This document shows positions 39,350 to 49,463 of a DNA stretch of 64,000 bases, in pieces (position 1 is the stretch's first letter; the number at the start of each line of letters is the position of its first letter). Both the position numbers and the translations under genes were made by a program. Source of the DNA: Candidatus Cloacimonadales bacterium (GTDB lineage: Bacteria; Cloacimonadota; Cloacimonadia; Cloacimonadales; JAFGVF01); the NCBI GenBank assembly GCA_963663475.2, contig CAXXJV010000001.1, forward strand, positions 1,728,001 through 1,792,000, given 5' to 3'. The notes beneath the pieces were generated by a model. The model saw only the letters and a program-made list of their open reading frames with translations. It ran no database searches and had not been told where the DNA came from.

Positions 39350-40738
39350 ATGAAATGTTTAATTTTTACAAAAATTGATGATGTATCTTGGGTAAATGAT
39401 TGTTTTGATAAAACTAACCCTTATTTACTTAAAATTGTTAATAAACCTTTATTAGAATACTTTATCGACTTCTGTTCAACACTGCAAATAAGTGAAATAA
39501 AAATAGTTAGTAATAAAGCAACTACAAGTTTAAGTGACTTTTTTAAAGATGGGAAAAAATGGGGTGTAGAAATAGATTATAATATTTCTAAACCAGAAGA
39601 TAATCTCAAGCGAGTAGTTTTAAAAAACTATTCTTTTTGTAAAAATAATGATGTTTTAATCTTTTCAGACTTCTTCTTTTTGGAGTATGATATAAGAAAT
39701 ATTTCTGCCAAAAAAGAAGAAGTTTTTAATTTTCTAAAAGCAAACAAAAGTAGAAATTTACAAATTCTAAGTAAAGATCAATCTTTTAAAGATATTGAAA
39801 TGGAGAAAGATTTACCTGAAAACCATTTGATAAATATTAGCTATATCAGAGATGTTAAAAAGTATTTTTCTCTCTCTATGGATATACTCAGTAATCGCTG
39901 TTGTAATTATGTGCTTCCTGGCTATAGCTCAGAACCAAGAACTTATCTAGGCATGAATGTTACATATCCAAAATCTACAACTATTGATACCCCTGTTATG
40001 ATAGGTAATAATGTAAGATTAGGCGAGATGGTAGCTATAGGTAAAAATAGTGTTATTGGAGATAATATAATTATTGAATCTTTATCTAACATCTCTAATA
40101 GTATTATTTATAGTGATTCCTTTGTGGGAGGTGATTTAGAGATAGATAATAAGATAATCTACCATAATAAGCTAATTTCAGGTACTAGTGGGGAAATTAT
40201 CATCATGGATGATGATTATCTTATCTCAAGTATTAGTAAGGAAAAGAAAGTTGGGAAAATACAAAGAGTATTCCATATCCTCTTAGCCTTAATCCAAATC
40301 ATTATTCAAACAATACCATTTCTTTTAATATCACCTGTTTTGCTTATTCTACATAAAAAATATCACTTAACACAAATTTATTATCTATCAAAAGATAAAC
40401 AAATAAAAAGGATGTTTAGTGTGGATAATGCTAGAAAACATCCTTTCATAAAATTTATTAAGAAATTCGCCTTAGATAAATACCCTTATCTATTCTATGT
40501 TTTGTCAGGTAAACTCTTGTTAGTAGGTAACAAAGCTTATACAATGACCAGAAAACATAAGAAAATTATCACTAATCTACCTTATTATCATCCTGGAGTT
40601 TATAGTTACTGGGAAAGCTTAAATCAAGGCTTTGCTTCAGAAGAAGAAATTCATGAACTCTACTACATAAATAATAACACTTTTTGGAGTAATATCTATA
40701 TCTACTGCAAAATCAACTTCTTAAGGTTATTCTGGTAA
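39350..40738 (+). CDS. NDP-sugar pyrophosphorylase-like / left-handed beta-helix / degenerate sugar-transferase fusion
   Basis: IVNKPLLEY and DGKKWGVEIDY; hexapeptide repeats (IGNNV, IGKNSVIGDN); LSGKLLLVG and PG motifs. Confidence 0.65.
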   Translation: MKCLIFTKIDDVSWVNDCFDKTNPYLLKIVNKPLLEYFIDFCSTLQISEIKIVSNKATTSLSDFFKDGKKWGVEIDYNISKPEDNLKRVVLKNYSFCKNNDVLIFSDFFFLEYDIRNISAKKEEVFNFLKANKSRNLQILSKDQSFKDIEMEKDLPENHLINISYIRDVKKYFSLSMDILSNRCCNYVLPGYSSEPRTYLGMNVTYPKSTTIDTPVMIGNNVRLGEMVAIGKNSVIGDNIIIESLSNISNSIIYSDSFVGGDLEIDNKIIYHNKLISGTSGEIIIMDDDYLISSISKEKKVGKIQRVFHILLALIQIIIQTIPFLLISPVLLILHKKYHLTQIYYLSKDKQIKRMFSVDNARKHPFIKFIKKFALDKYPYLFYVLSGKLLLVGNKAYTMTRKHKKIITNLPYYHPGVYSYWESLNQGFASEEEIHELYYINNNTFWSNIYIYCKINFLRLFW

Positions 40739-40742
40739 GCTT

Positions 40743-41351
40743 ATGCATTTAATCCTAATTGGTGGCGGTACATCTTCTGGCAAAACTACAATTGCCAATC
40801 AGATAACTAGTCAACTTAACAATCAAAATGTTTATACTTTTTCGCATGATAACTACTACTATGATTTAGCTAATTTGACTCCTGAGGAAATTAAAAAAAT
40901 AAACTTTGATCATCCTGATGCTATTGATAGTAAAAGCTTGATCTCTGATGTCAAGAAGATACTAGCTAAAGAAGAAATCTATATCCCAGATTATGATTTT
41001 ATCACACATAGGAGAATTAAGGGCGAGTATATCAATAATAGCTACGATGTCATCATCTTGGAAGGAATCTTCGCTCTCTACTTTCCTGAACTTGTTAAAC
41101 TAGCTTCCCTGAAAATCTTTGTGGAAACTGATGCAGATTTAAGACTTGCAAGAAGAATTGATAGGGATATTAACGAACGTGGATTTACTATTAATGAAGT
41201 CTTAAATCAATATATCTCTACTGTAAAACCTATGCATGATATCTTCATTGAGGGAACTAAAAAACAAGCTGATATAATAATTCCTGGAGAAAAGAAATTC
41301 GATAGAGTTTTAATTATGATTAATGGCTTTTTAAAAGAACTATTGGGGTAG
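40743..41351 (+). CDS. udk: Uridine kinase
   Basis: GGTSSGKT, DNYY, NFDHPDA, ILEGI and RRIDRDINERG motifs. Confidence 0.92.
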   Translation: MHLILIGGGTSSGKTTIANQITSQLNNQNVYTFSHDNYYYDLANLTPEEIKKINFDHPDAIDSKSLISDVKKILAKEEIYIPDYDFITHRRIKGEYINNSYDVIILEGIFALYFPELVKLASLKIFVETDADLRLARRIDRDINERGFTINEVLNQYISTVKPMHDIFIEGTKKQADIIIPGEKKFDRVLIMINGFLKELLG

Positions 41352-41354
41352 AAA

Positions 41355-42482
41355 ATGGGAAAATATACACTTAGTGGATCACAAGAGTTTGATAACTTAA
41401 TCGATGAACAATTACTTCAAATTAAAGATGAAATTCTTACATTAATACCAGCTAAGGATATAGCAGCTATTCTCTTAGGCGGTGGCTATGGCCGTGGTGA
41501 GGGGGGAGTACTAGAAGAAGATGGTAAAGAGTATTTATATAATGATTATGACTTGTTTGTGATACTTAAAAATGTATCCTATCTTAAGAAAAAAGAATAT
41601 CAGGATAAAGTTCAGCTCATTCATAAAAAATTTACTCCCTTGTTTAAAATTGATGTAGATGTAGGCCCTCTCCAAACAGTAAATGCTATCTCAAAAGCTC
41701 CTCACTGGATGATGTGGTATGAACTTAAAAATGGCCATATTGTTCTCTGGGGTAATGAAAATATTAAAAACTACTTTCCTGATTACTCCCAAGAAAAAAT
41801 GCCTATAATGGAGGCCTATAGACTTCTTTTGAATAGGGGTGTTGGTCTTATCTTATGTAAAAAGCATTTCACTACTTTTGAGGAAGAAGAATCTAAAGAG
41901 TTTATTTTAAGGAATATCAGAAAGGCTCAGCTTGCTATGGGGGACGCTTTTTTAATTAAAAAAGGTGTCTTTAATTACTCCTATAAAAAGAGAGATGAGA
42001 TATTCACACAACTAATAAATGATGAAAGTCTTGTGCAACTTGGTATCTATGAACACTATAAAAGAGCTTATAATTTTAAAGAAAGACCTCACAAGGCTAA
42101 GCTTACTAAAGAAGAATACTTACAAGAATATGAAGTAGTTTGCGCAGTCTATGAAAAGTTATTTAACTGGGTTTTTACAGGTGATTTCTCTGATAATCTT
42201 GACTTAGATAAATATCAAAACATTCTTTATCAGGCCTTTAGTAAAGAAGGAAATGTAAAAGAAAAAATTAAAAATATTTGCAAGAATATCAAAATAGGCT
42301 ATTCTTTTGATGATGCATATTTATTAACTAAGCACCCACGATTTAGATTATTTATGGTTTTACCTTATTTTTTATTTGACATAGATAAAATAAGTTGCCA
42401 AAAAATTCTATCTTGTAATAGTTGTCATAGTGAAGATGATTTACTAAGTGTTTTCATAAAATTGTGGGAAAAAAATAACTAG
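41355..42482 (+). CDS. Pol-beta superfamily nucleotidyltransferase-like protein
   Basis: LGGGYGRGEG...NDYDL motif plus helical C-terminal domain. Confidence 0.65.
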   Translation: MGKYTLSGSQEFDNLIDEQLLQIKDEILTLIPAKDIAAILLGGGYGRGEGGVLEEDGKEYLYNDYDLFVILKNVSYLKKKEYQDKVQLIHKKFTPLFKIDVDVGPLQTVNAISKAPHWMMWYELKNGHIVLWGNENIKNYFPDYSQEKMPIMEAYRLLLNRGVGLILCKKHFTTFEEEESKEFILRNIRKAQLAMGDAFLIKKGVFNYSYKKRDEIFTQLINDESLVQLGIYEHYKRAYNFKERPHKAKLTKEEYLQEYEVVCAVYEKLFNWVFTGDFSDNLDLDKYQNILYQAFSKEGNVKEKIKNICKNIKIGYSFDDAYLLTKHPRFRLFMVLPYFLFDIDKISCQKILSCNSCHSEDDLLSVFIKLWEKNN

Positions 42483-42493
42483 GAATAAAAATA

Positions 42494-44518
42494 ATGATAG
42501 ATGAAAGCAAAAGCAATGAGCTCGAACAGTTAAAAATAGATACTGACCAGGATGAAAAATCCCCTTTAGTAATTGATAAAAGAGTTCTTTTAATTTCTTT
42601 TAGAGATAAGATTAAGTGGATTATTCTAATTACTTTATCTTTTATGCTTTTAGTATCTGTCATTGTTTCTATTAAAATCAAACCTGTATGGAGAGCTTCT
42701 TGTCGGGTTATTAGAATGCAAAAAAACATCTCAACTCCCACAGATATGCCATATCTCTATAATGCTTTTGATATCAATACAATTCTAGAAACTGCGCGTT
42801 CTCGCCCTATTATTCTCTCTATAATGGATAAACTCAATATGGAGGGTTATGAACCTGAAGAGGTGGGTAGAATGATAGAGGTTCAAAGAGGTAATCGTTC
42901 TAATGTTTTGAGTTTCAGTGTAACAGATAGCGATCCTGAAAGAGCTGTTGAAATGGCCAATGTATTAGGCGAAACTTTTATTGAAACTAGTACCAGATTG
43001 CAAAATGCCAGTGCTGATAGCGTCTATAATTATTACTCAGATGAGAAAGAAAAATCTTTAGCTAAGATATCTGACCTTGAAGAAAGTATTCTAAATTTTC
43101 AAAAAGAACATGATATAATCTCTATTGATGCAGAAAGAGATCAACTGTATGAAAAACTTAAATTAGTTGAAGTTAGAAAAATAGAAACATTAATCAAAAT
43201 TGATGAAATGAGAGTCAAAATAGCTGATTTAGCTAAAAAAATGTCTGAGCTTCCGCAAGAAGTTATGATGACCTGGACTTTCACAAATACTGATGAGAAA
43301 AAACTAATTCTCCTCAAGAAAGAGCTTGAACTCTTATTAACTCGTTATACAGAATTAAATCCAAAAGTTCAAAATCTCCAAGCTGAAATTGATACTCTTG
43401 AAAAGAAAATTGCAAATCCAGATAGAATTCCTGAACCACCAGACAATACAAGTTGGGGTCCTAATGGTTTGATTCAGACTTATGAAGTTGATAAAACAAG
43501 ATATGAAGGTGAGCTTAAAGCTGCCAGAGCTAACTTAATTGGCTATCAAAATGAGATAAATGCAATTAAGAGTAATCTTATTCATTTTAATGCAATAAAT
43601 GATAATCACTTAGAGCTTCAAAGGCAATTAGAGCTTAGTCGAGATGTTCTAAGAATCATTGAAGGTAGAATAGCAGAATCAAGAATGGCTTTAGATACTA
43701 ATACTAATGACTTTCAGTTATTTGAACCAGCTGTTATGCCAAAATATCCAGTTAATATTAGCAAGAAAATTCTTGTTCTAGCTTCAGGAATCTTTATTGG
43801 CTTCATTTTAGTTGTTTTCTATATAGGAAAAGAACTATTTGACTTCCGGGTTAAATCAAAACTTGATTATGAGAAATACATTGGCATACCTCTTCTTGGT
43901 CAAGTACCATCAGAAGAAGGAGCTAATGCAAATAAGTTTTATGCTAATCTCCAGTACATGTTGGATAATCTCTTTGATATAATTCAAGATGTACCTAAAC
44001 CTCCAATTATTACTATTGGAAGTGCCAATCCTGAAACAGGAAAGTCTTTTATTATGAACGAGTTCAGTAAAATGTTAGGTTCTACTTCAAAGGTCTTAAT
44101 TATTGAATGCGTAAAGGATTTATCTATCGAGATTGAAGATTATGAGATTAATACTTACTTAGATGATAATAAAAGTTTTGATGTGAAAGAAGTATCAACT
44201 AATATCAACAAGTGTTATTTCTGGACTGGTGAACAGATATTCAAAAAGATGTATAAAACAAGTGATTTCCATAAACTCTATGGTTTATTCATGGATTATG
44301 ATTACATCTTATGGGAAATGTTCCCTTCAAGCTATAATATCCAGCTCTATCATGCTGTTACTAAATCAGCAGACACTAATATCTTAGTGGGTAGATTTAG
44401 ATATTCACCAAAAACAGATATTTTCAACTTAGCTAACTACCTTCGCCAAAAAGATGTTAAAAAAGTATATGGAATTCTCAACAATATACCTAAAGAATAT
44501 TATACGGAGACACTATAG
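42494..44518 (+). CDS. Wzc/GumC-like polysaccharide co-polymerase
   Basis: Two TMs flanking coiled coils; IGIPLLGQVP; degenerate P-loop SANPETGKS. Confidence 0.85.
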   Translation: MIDESKSNELEQLKIDTDQDEKSPLVIDKRVLLISFRDKIKWIILITLSFMLLVSVIVSIKIKPVWRASCRVIRMQKNISTPTDMPYLYNAFDINTILETARSRPIILSIMDKLNMEGYEPEEVGRMIEVQRGNRSNVLSFSVTDSDPERAVEMANVLGETFIETSTRLQNASADSVYNYYSDEKEKSLAKISDLEESILNFQKEHDIISIDAERDQLYEKLKLVEVRKIETLIKIDEMRVKIADLAKKMSELPQEVMMTWTFTNTDEKKLILLKKELELLLTRYTELNPKVQNLQAEIDTLEKKIANPDRIPEPPDNTSWGPNGLIQTYEVDKTRYEGELKAARANLIGYQNEINAIKSNLIHFNAINDNHLELQRQLELSRDVLRIIEGRIAESRMALDTNTNDFQLFEPAVMPKYPVNISKKILVLASGIFIGFILVVFYIGKELFDFRVKSKLDYEKYIGIPLLGQVPSEEGANANKFYANLQYMLDNLFDIIQDVPKPPIITIGSANPETGKSFIMNEFSKMLGSTSKVLIIECVKDLSIEIEDYEINTYLDDNKSFDVKEVSTNINKCYFWTGEQIFKKMYKTSDFHKLYGLFMDYDYILWEMFPSSYNIQLYHAVTKSADTNILVGRFRYSPKTDIFNLANYLRQKDVKKVYGILNNIPKEYYTETL

Positions 44519-44524
44519 GCTCTT

Positions 44525-45571
44525 ATGAAAAAGTTACATATATATTTATTATTTATTATTACGATTATTGCATTAAGTTGTAGTAGAGAACCTTATATTG
44601 AAGAAAATATTGATGTTCCTGGAGAGTACCTTGAGGAATCAGCAGTCTCTACACAAGAAGATCAGCAGACTATTGATGAGTTAAATAAGTTGCAACAGGT
44701 AAAGATGCCAACCTATTTAATTGGCCCTGATGATAAATTCCATGCTTATGTTTATAATGAAGAAGATCTAAATACAAAGGAGCTTATTGTAAAAAGAGAT
44801 GGTTGTATAACCTTTCCTTTAATAGGAGAAGTTGAAGTGGAAGGTTTAGAATTAGCTGAAGCAACCGCTTTAATTGAAGATAAGTTAAAAGCTTATATTG
44901 CTTTTCCAGAAGTAACAATCATTCCTTATGAAATCAATAGTGGAACTGTTACAATCTTAGGAAAAGTTACTTATCCTCAACAATATCAAATTACTGGGGA
45001 AATGAGAATATTGGATTTAATAGCTAAGGCAGGTGGACTAGCCTTGGGTTATTTTCAAAATAACTCTATCGAACTAGCTGATTTAGAAAGATCATTTATT
45101 GTTAGGAACAACAAAGTTTTACCAATAGATTTTTATTCTCTTATTAAAGAAGGGAATATGTTAAATAACATTCCATTGATGGGAGGAGACTATATTTATC
45201 TACCTTCCTCAATCAATAGAGAAGTTTATGTAGTGGGTGAGGTTCTTGAACAAGGGCATTTTGCTTTTAAAGAAAACATGACCTTAGGTCAGGTAATTGC
45301 TTACGCTCAGGGATTAAAACCTTCCGCAAAAACATCAAATGTCTATTTAGTTAGGGGTAATCTTAAACATCCAAGACTTTTTAAGATTAACTTAGATGCT
45401 ATTTATGAAGGCAAGATAATGGACTTTAGGTTAAAACCAAATGACATTGTATATGTTCCCAAAACTCCTATTGCTAGCTGGAATTTAGTATTAGAACAGA
45501 TACTTCCAAGTTTACAAGCTGTTCAAACAGGTTACATACTACAAAATATTATTAACGATACTAATAATTAA
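44525..45571 (+). CDS. wza: Wza-like polysaccharide export lipoprotein
   Basis: ALSC lipobox; YLIGPDD and DGCITFPLIGEV motifs; SLBB repeats. Confidence 0.88.
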   Translation: MKKLHIYLLFIITIIALSCSREPYIEENIDVPGEYLEESAVSTQEDQQTIDELNKLQQVKMPTYLIGPDDKFHAYVYNEEDLNTKELIVKRDGCITFPLIGEVEVEGLELAEATALIEDKLKAYIAFPEVTIIPYEINSGTVTILGKVTYPQQYQITGEMRILDLIAKAGGLALGYFQNNSIELADLERSFIVRNNKVLPIDFYSLIKEGNMLNNIPLMGGDYIYLPSSINREVYVVGEVLEQGHFAFKENMTLGQVIAYAQGLKPSAKTSNVYLVRGNLKHPRLFKINLDAIYEGKIMDFRLKPNDIVYVPKTPIASWNLVLEQILPSLQAVQTGYILQNIINDTNN

Positions 45572-45576
45572 GTATC

Positions 45577-46929
45577 ATGACTGAAGCCCTAAGTGCCTTT
45601 AAATATGTAATTTTCTTTTTAGTAATGCTGATAGGGGTACCCTTAGGATATTCTTTATCTCTTAAGCACGATAAAATAGAGAGAGCAATTTTCTTTTTAA
45701 TGGTCTTCTTTACTGCAAAAATGGAAGACATTAACTTTGTTTCAAGAGAAACTGAAAGACTTACCTCAAAGGGTTTTGAAGTTGGTATGGTTGATATATG
45801 TACCATGATAATATTCTTAATTGTAATTCATAAAAAGGGAGTGAAAGACAGGATTCCCAAAGGAGCTCATTGGTACTTCATATATTTTGGGCTCAGTATA
45901 GTTTCCATGATTAATGCAGATTTTGTTCTTTTCTCAATGTTTGAAATCTGGAAAATGATTAGAATGTATGTTTATTTTTGGACTGTTTACAACTATATTG
46001 ATACTGAAAAGAAGTATTTTGATTTTCTTAAAGGAGTTGCAGCCATTACCATTTTCGTCTTTTATGAGGTTATCAAACAGAAATATCTAGATGGTAAGTT
46101 TCAAACTGCAGGTCCCTTTCCCCACCAAAACTCCCTTGTTATGTATATGATTATTTTTGGGTCTATAGCCTTCTCTTATCTTATTAATAAAAAAGATCTT
46201 TCTCTTGATAAACTAGTTGTCTGGCTAATGGTTTTCGGAATGGCTTCTGTTTCTATTATCTCTACACTATCAAGAGCAGGTCTAGCCCTCTATGCTTTTG
46301 CCATAGTGATAGTACTTGGTATGTCCTTCTTAAATGGTTTTAACCCTAAGAAAATAGTCATTACCTTTCTCCTAATTATTATGAGTTTAGCTGTTCTGGC
46401 TAAAGCTTGGGATTCAATAACGGAAAGATTTAGAACTGCCCCAGAGGAGTCTGCTCTTGTTAGAGTTGCTCTTGCTCAAGCTGCAGTAAAAATGGCAAAT
46501 GATAAGAGCTTAGCATATATGGGAGTTGGTATTAATAACTTTGGAAGAGCAATTAATCCTCCTTACCCCTATAGTTCTCATATTGAAATGCATGATACTG
46601 AGGATGCTGAAGAGAAGAACGGACTTGTGGAAACAATATATCTTATGATTGCGGCTGAATCAGGCTGGCATACTCTAGTATTCTTTTTTGTCTTTCTCTT
46701 CTACTATTACTTCTTAAATCTAGTTAATGTTTTCCGCTATAAGGGGACTAATCTCCAGTTTATGTCAATTGGGCTAGTAGGGGGATTACTAGCCATCTAT
46801 ATAGAATCTGGTCTGGAATGGGTTTTAAAGCAGACTAATAATTTCTATCAGTTGATGCTAATCTTTGCAATTATAGCAACAATGGATAGGTTATATCACA
46901 TTAAGGTTGAAAAGGGTGAATTAAAATGA
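45577..46929 (+). CDS. O-antigen ligase/Wzy-like polymerase
   Basis: Polytopic membrane protein; HQN, TLSRAG, GVGINNF and AAESG motifs. Confidence 0.8.
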   Translation: MTEALSAFKYVIFFLVMLIGVPLGYSLSLKHDKIERAIFFLMVFFTAKMEDINFVSRETERLTSKGFEVGMVDICTMIIFLIVIHKKGVKDRIPKGAHWYFIYFGLSIVSMINADFVLFSMFEIWKMIRMYVYFWTVYNYIDTEKKYFDFLKGVAAITIFVFYEVIKQKYLDGKFQTAGPFPHQNSLVMYMIIFGSIAFSYLINKKDLSLDKLVVWLMVFGMASVSIISTLSRAGLALYAFAIVIVLGMSFLNGFNPKKIVITFLLIIMSLAVLAKAWDSITERFRTAPEESALVRVALAQAAVKMANDKSLAYMGVGINNFGRAINPPYPYSSHIEMHDTEDAEEKNGLVETIYLMIAAESGWHTLVFFFVFLFYYYFLNLVNVFRYKGTNLQFMSIGLVGGLLAIYIESGLEWVLKQTNNFYQLMLIFAIIATMDRLYHIKVEKGELK

Positions 46930-47333
46930 GAACACCAGAAGAAGAACAACAAAAAAATCTCAAGCAGATTGGTAGTGATAAATTTAGAGAGAATCTAAAT
47001 ATCGAGCAGAGAAACCAATTAAAATCACTATTAAAAAAGATGTTACCTCCTGTACCTTCAGTTGGTATCATTGATATAAGATTTTCTTTTTGGTTTTTTA
47101 AACAGTGGTATGTAGTATTTATCTTTGGTAGAGATACTAGAGAAGGATTTAAATCTCTTGATAAAGGTGATGTTGACCGTTCCTTAAGTCTAGTTGCCAA
47201 AGCAACAACCTATATTATTATGATGATAAGTATTATGATTATGCTCTTGTTCTTGCTATATGCATTAAAGAGTGTAATTGGTATAGATTTATTTCCAGAT
47301 AAGCATTTATCAGATTTTTTGCCATGGAAATAG
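46926..47333 (+). CDS. Small hypothetical membrane protein
   Basis: IDIRFSF...YVVFIFGRDTR, one TM, LYALKSVIGIDLFP; ATGA-coupled. Confidence 0.65.
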   Translation: MRTPEEEQQKNLKQIGSDKFRENLNIEQRNQLKSLLKKMLPPVPSVGIIDIRFSFWFFKQWYVVFIFGRDTREGFKSLDKGDVDRSLSLVAKATTYIIMMISIMIMLLFLLYALKSVIGIDLFPDKHLSDFLPWK

Positions 47334-47349
47334 TGTTCAAGGAGAATAA

Positions 47350-48306
47350 ATGGAATTTAACAAAAGCATAGTAACAGCCTGTGATAGTAATTATATATGG
47401 GGAGCGTATTTATTACTTGCCTCTTTAGCTTATAATAATGTTAAAAGCTATAAAAAGGTACTGGGGATCATGTTAAGTGAAGAAGAAGAAGAACTACTTA
47501 ATCAATTCCCTCATACACAGGTTATTAATAGTGATAGAGAGACGGACAAAAGCGTATGCTTAATGAAACCTCATGCTATATTTTCTGCTGATACTGATAT
47601 TATAGCTTGGATGGATTCAGATTGTATAGTCACAGGAGATGTTACCGATTTTTTAGACGTTCAAGCCAATGAAATACAGATAAGATTTAGGTCTTTTGAA
47701 GAAAATGCTGGTGTTTATAGAAATTTCTATGGTAAAGATGATGAAAGAGGATTGATTCCTGACAAAGTTCTCAAGACTTGGCAAGAAGATGTTGGAGATT
47801 TAAAGTCCTCCCAGATTTCAACTGTATGTGAAACTAACTGTTTTGTTATTCATAAAAGTAATTTCGATTTTATTAAATTATGGCAGACTCAAATGGAGAA
47901 AGTTATCATTGATAATAATTTGCAAGTATATGATAAACGCAGTGTTGGGTATTTTATGACAGATGAATCAGTATTAAATTCTATTATGGCTTATTCTAGC
48001 AAATCTCTTAATGTAAAAGAGTATCTGTTTGATAAAGATAAAGAAAGGTTACTTGTTCATTTTGGTTTAAATCCAAAACCGTGGATTCATTGGACTAAAA
48101 GAGCTTTATTACATTATGACTTAGTCTTGGAGATTGTCGAATGGACTAAAAGTCAAGGATATAAGACTCCTCCAATTCCAACTTCTTTCTTAAGAACTAA
48201 TAAAGCTAAAGAGACATTAATAGCAAATCTAAGAAATTACTTTAATACCAGTAAATATAGAGTCTCAACAACACTACATAAGTATCATAGTAAGGTAAGA
48301 AGTTAA
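47350..48306 (+). CDS. GT-A (GT8-like) glycosyltransferase
   Basis: TACDSNY, WMDSD (DxD), DESVLN and HFGLNPKPW motifs. Confidence 0.7.
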   Translation: MEFNKSIVTACDSNYIWGAYLLLASLAYNNVKSYKKVLGIMLSEEEEELLNQFPHTQVINSDRETDKSVCLMKPHAIFSADTDIIAWMDSDCIVTGDVTDFLDVQANEIQIRFRSFEENAGVYRNFYGKDDERGLIPDKVLKTWQEDVGDLKSSQISTVCETNCFVIHKSNFDFIKLWQTQMEKVIIDNNLQVYDKRSVGYFMTDESVLNSIMAYSSKSLNVKEYLFDKDKERLLVHFGLNPKPWIHWTKRALLHYDLVLEIVEWTKSQGYKTPPIPTSFLRTNKAKETLIANLRNYFNTSKYRVSTTLHKYHSKVRS

Positions 48307-48307
48307 G

Positions 48308-49456
48308 ATGAAAATTCTCATAATTTCCAACTACTTTCCACCTCATTTCAAAGGAGGCTATGAGTTATCTTGCAAAGAGGTAACAGACTATCTTTTCCAA
48401 AAGGGAGAAGAGGTTATGGTCTTATGCGGAGATTATAAAAAGCAGGAAGAAGAGGGGAGAAGAGACTATAGGGTCCTTAGAAAACTAAGATATATTGATT
48501 ATCTTAGTGGCGATTACTGGAACAAGAGTAAAGTTGAAAAAGAGAATTTTCAAATTACTATGAGAGTTTTGGATAGGTTTGAACCTGATTTAGTTTATTT
48601 CTGGAATCAACAGTATATTTCGCTTGCTCCCTACTGGGCTGTAAAGAAAAGAAAGATAAGACATCTTTTCGATATTGGTGACATTTGGCCAATAAAGTAC
48701 CATCGTGAAGGTTTTAAGGCAAAAGTTAAATCATCAATCAAACGAATTTTACCTTTTTTCATCGACTCTCAAGTTAAGATAGATCCCGTAATAATTCTTT
48801 CAGATTGGATGAGACCACTCTTTAAAAATAAATTCAAATCAAAAACAATTTATACAATTCCCAGAGGGGTTATTATTAAAGAAAATATTGAAATTAAACC
48901 TCATGAACATAGTATTAGATTAATGTTTGCTGGGAGAATTGAACCCTTAAAGGGACTCGACTTAATCATAAAAGTTCTGGCAAATCTTAAAGAATATAAG
49001 TGGACTTTAGATATCTATGGAGATGGAGAAGAAGCTTATATATCCCAGATAAAAGCACTAATTAAGGATAAGTTGTTACAGGATAGGATTACTTTCCAGG
49101 GCAAGGTTTATCCCTTAGACCAAGCTTATCAAGACCATGATATATTTCTTTTCCCAACTTTAGCCCAAGAAGGTTTTGGTAGGGTAGCTATTGAAGCTAT
49201 GAATTATGGACTACCAGTCATCACTGTTGATAGGTTTGGACCTAATGATATTGTCGAAAATGGACTTAATGGTTTCAAGTGCTCACCTAGTGAACCTGAA
49301 TGTTGGGAAAATAGTTTAAAACAAATCTTGTCAGATAAGGAACTATTGATTAAAATGTCTTATAATGCTTTGGCAAGAGTTAAAGATAAGTATGATATTA
49401 ACAAAATAAACAAAGAAAGATATGATATTATAAAAGAATTATACTACACAAAATGA
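48308..49456 (+). CDS. GT4 glycosyltransferase
   Basis: FPPHFKGGYE, KGLD and EGFGRVAIEAM motifs. Confidence 0.9.
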   Translation: MKILIISNYFPPHFKGGYELSCKEVTDYLFQKGEEVMVLCGDYKKQEEEGRRDYRVLRKLRYIDYLSGDYWNKSKVEKENFQITMRVLDRFEPDLVYFWNQQYISLAPYWAVKKRKIRHLFDIGDIWPIKYHREGFKAKVKSSIKRILPFFIDSQVKIDPVIILSDWMRPLFKNKFKSKTIYTIPRGVIIKENIEIKPHEHSIRLMFAGRIEPLKGLDLIIKVLANLKEYKWTLDIYGDGEEAYISQIKALIKDKLLQDRITFQGKVYPLDQAYQDHDIFLFPTLAQEGFGRVAIEAMNYGLPVITVDRFGPNDIVENGLNGFKCSPSEPECWENSLKQILSDKELLIKMSYNALARVKDKYDINKINKERYDIIKELYYTK

Positions 49457-49463
49457 GGTTTCA

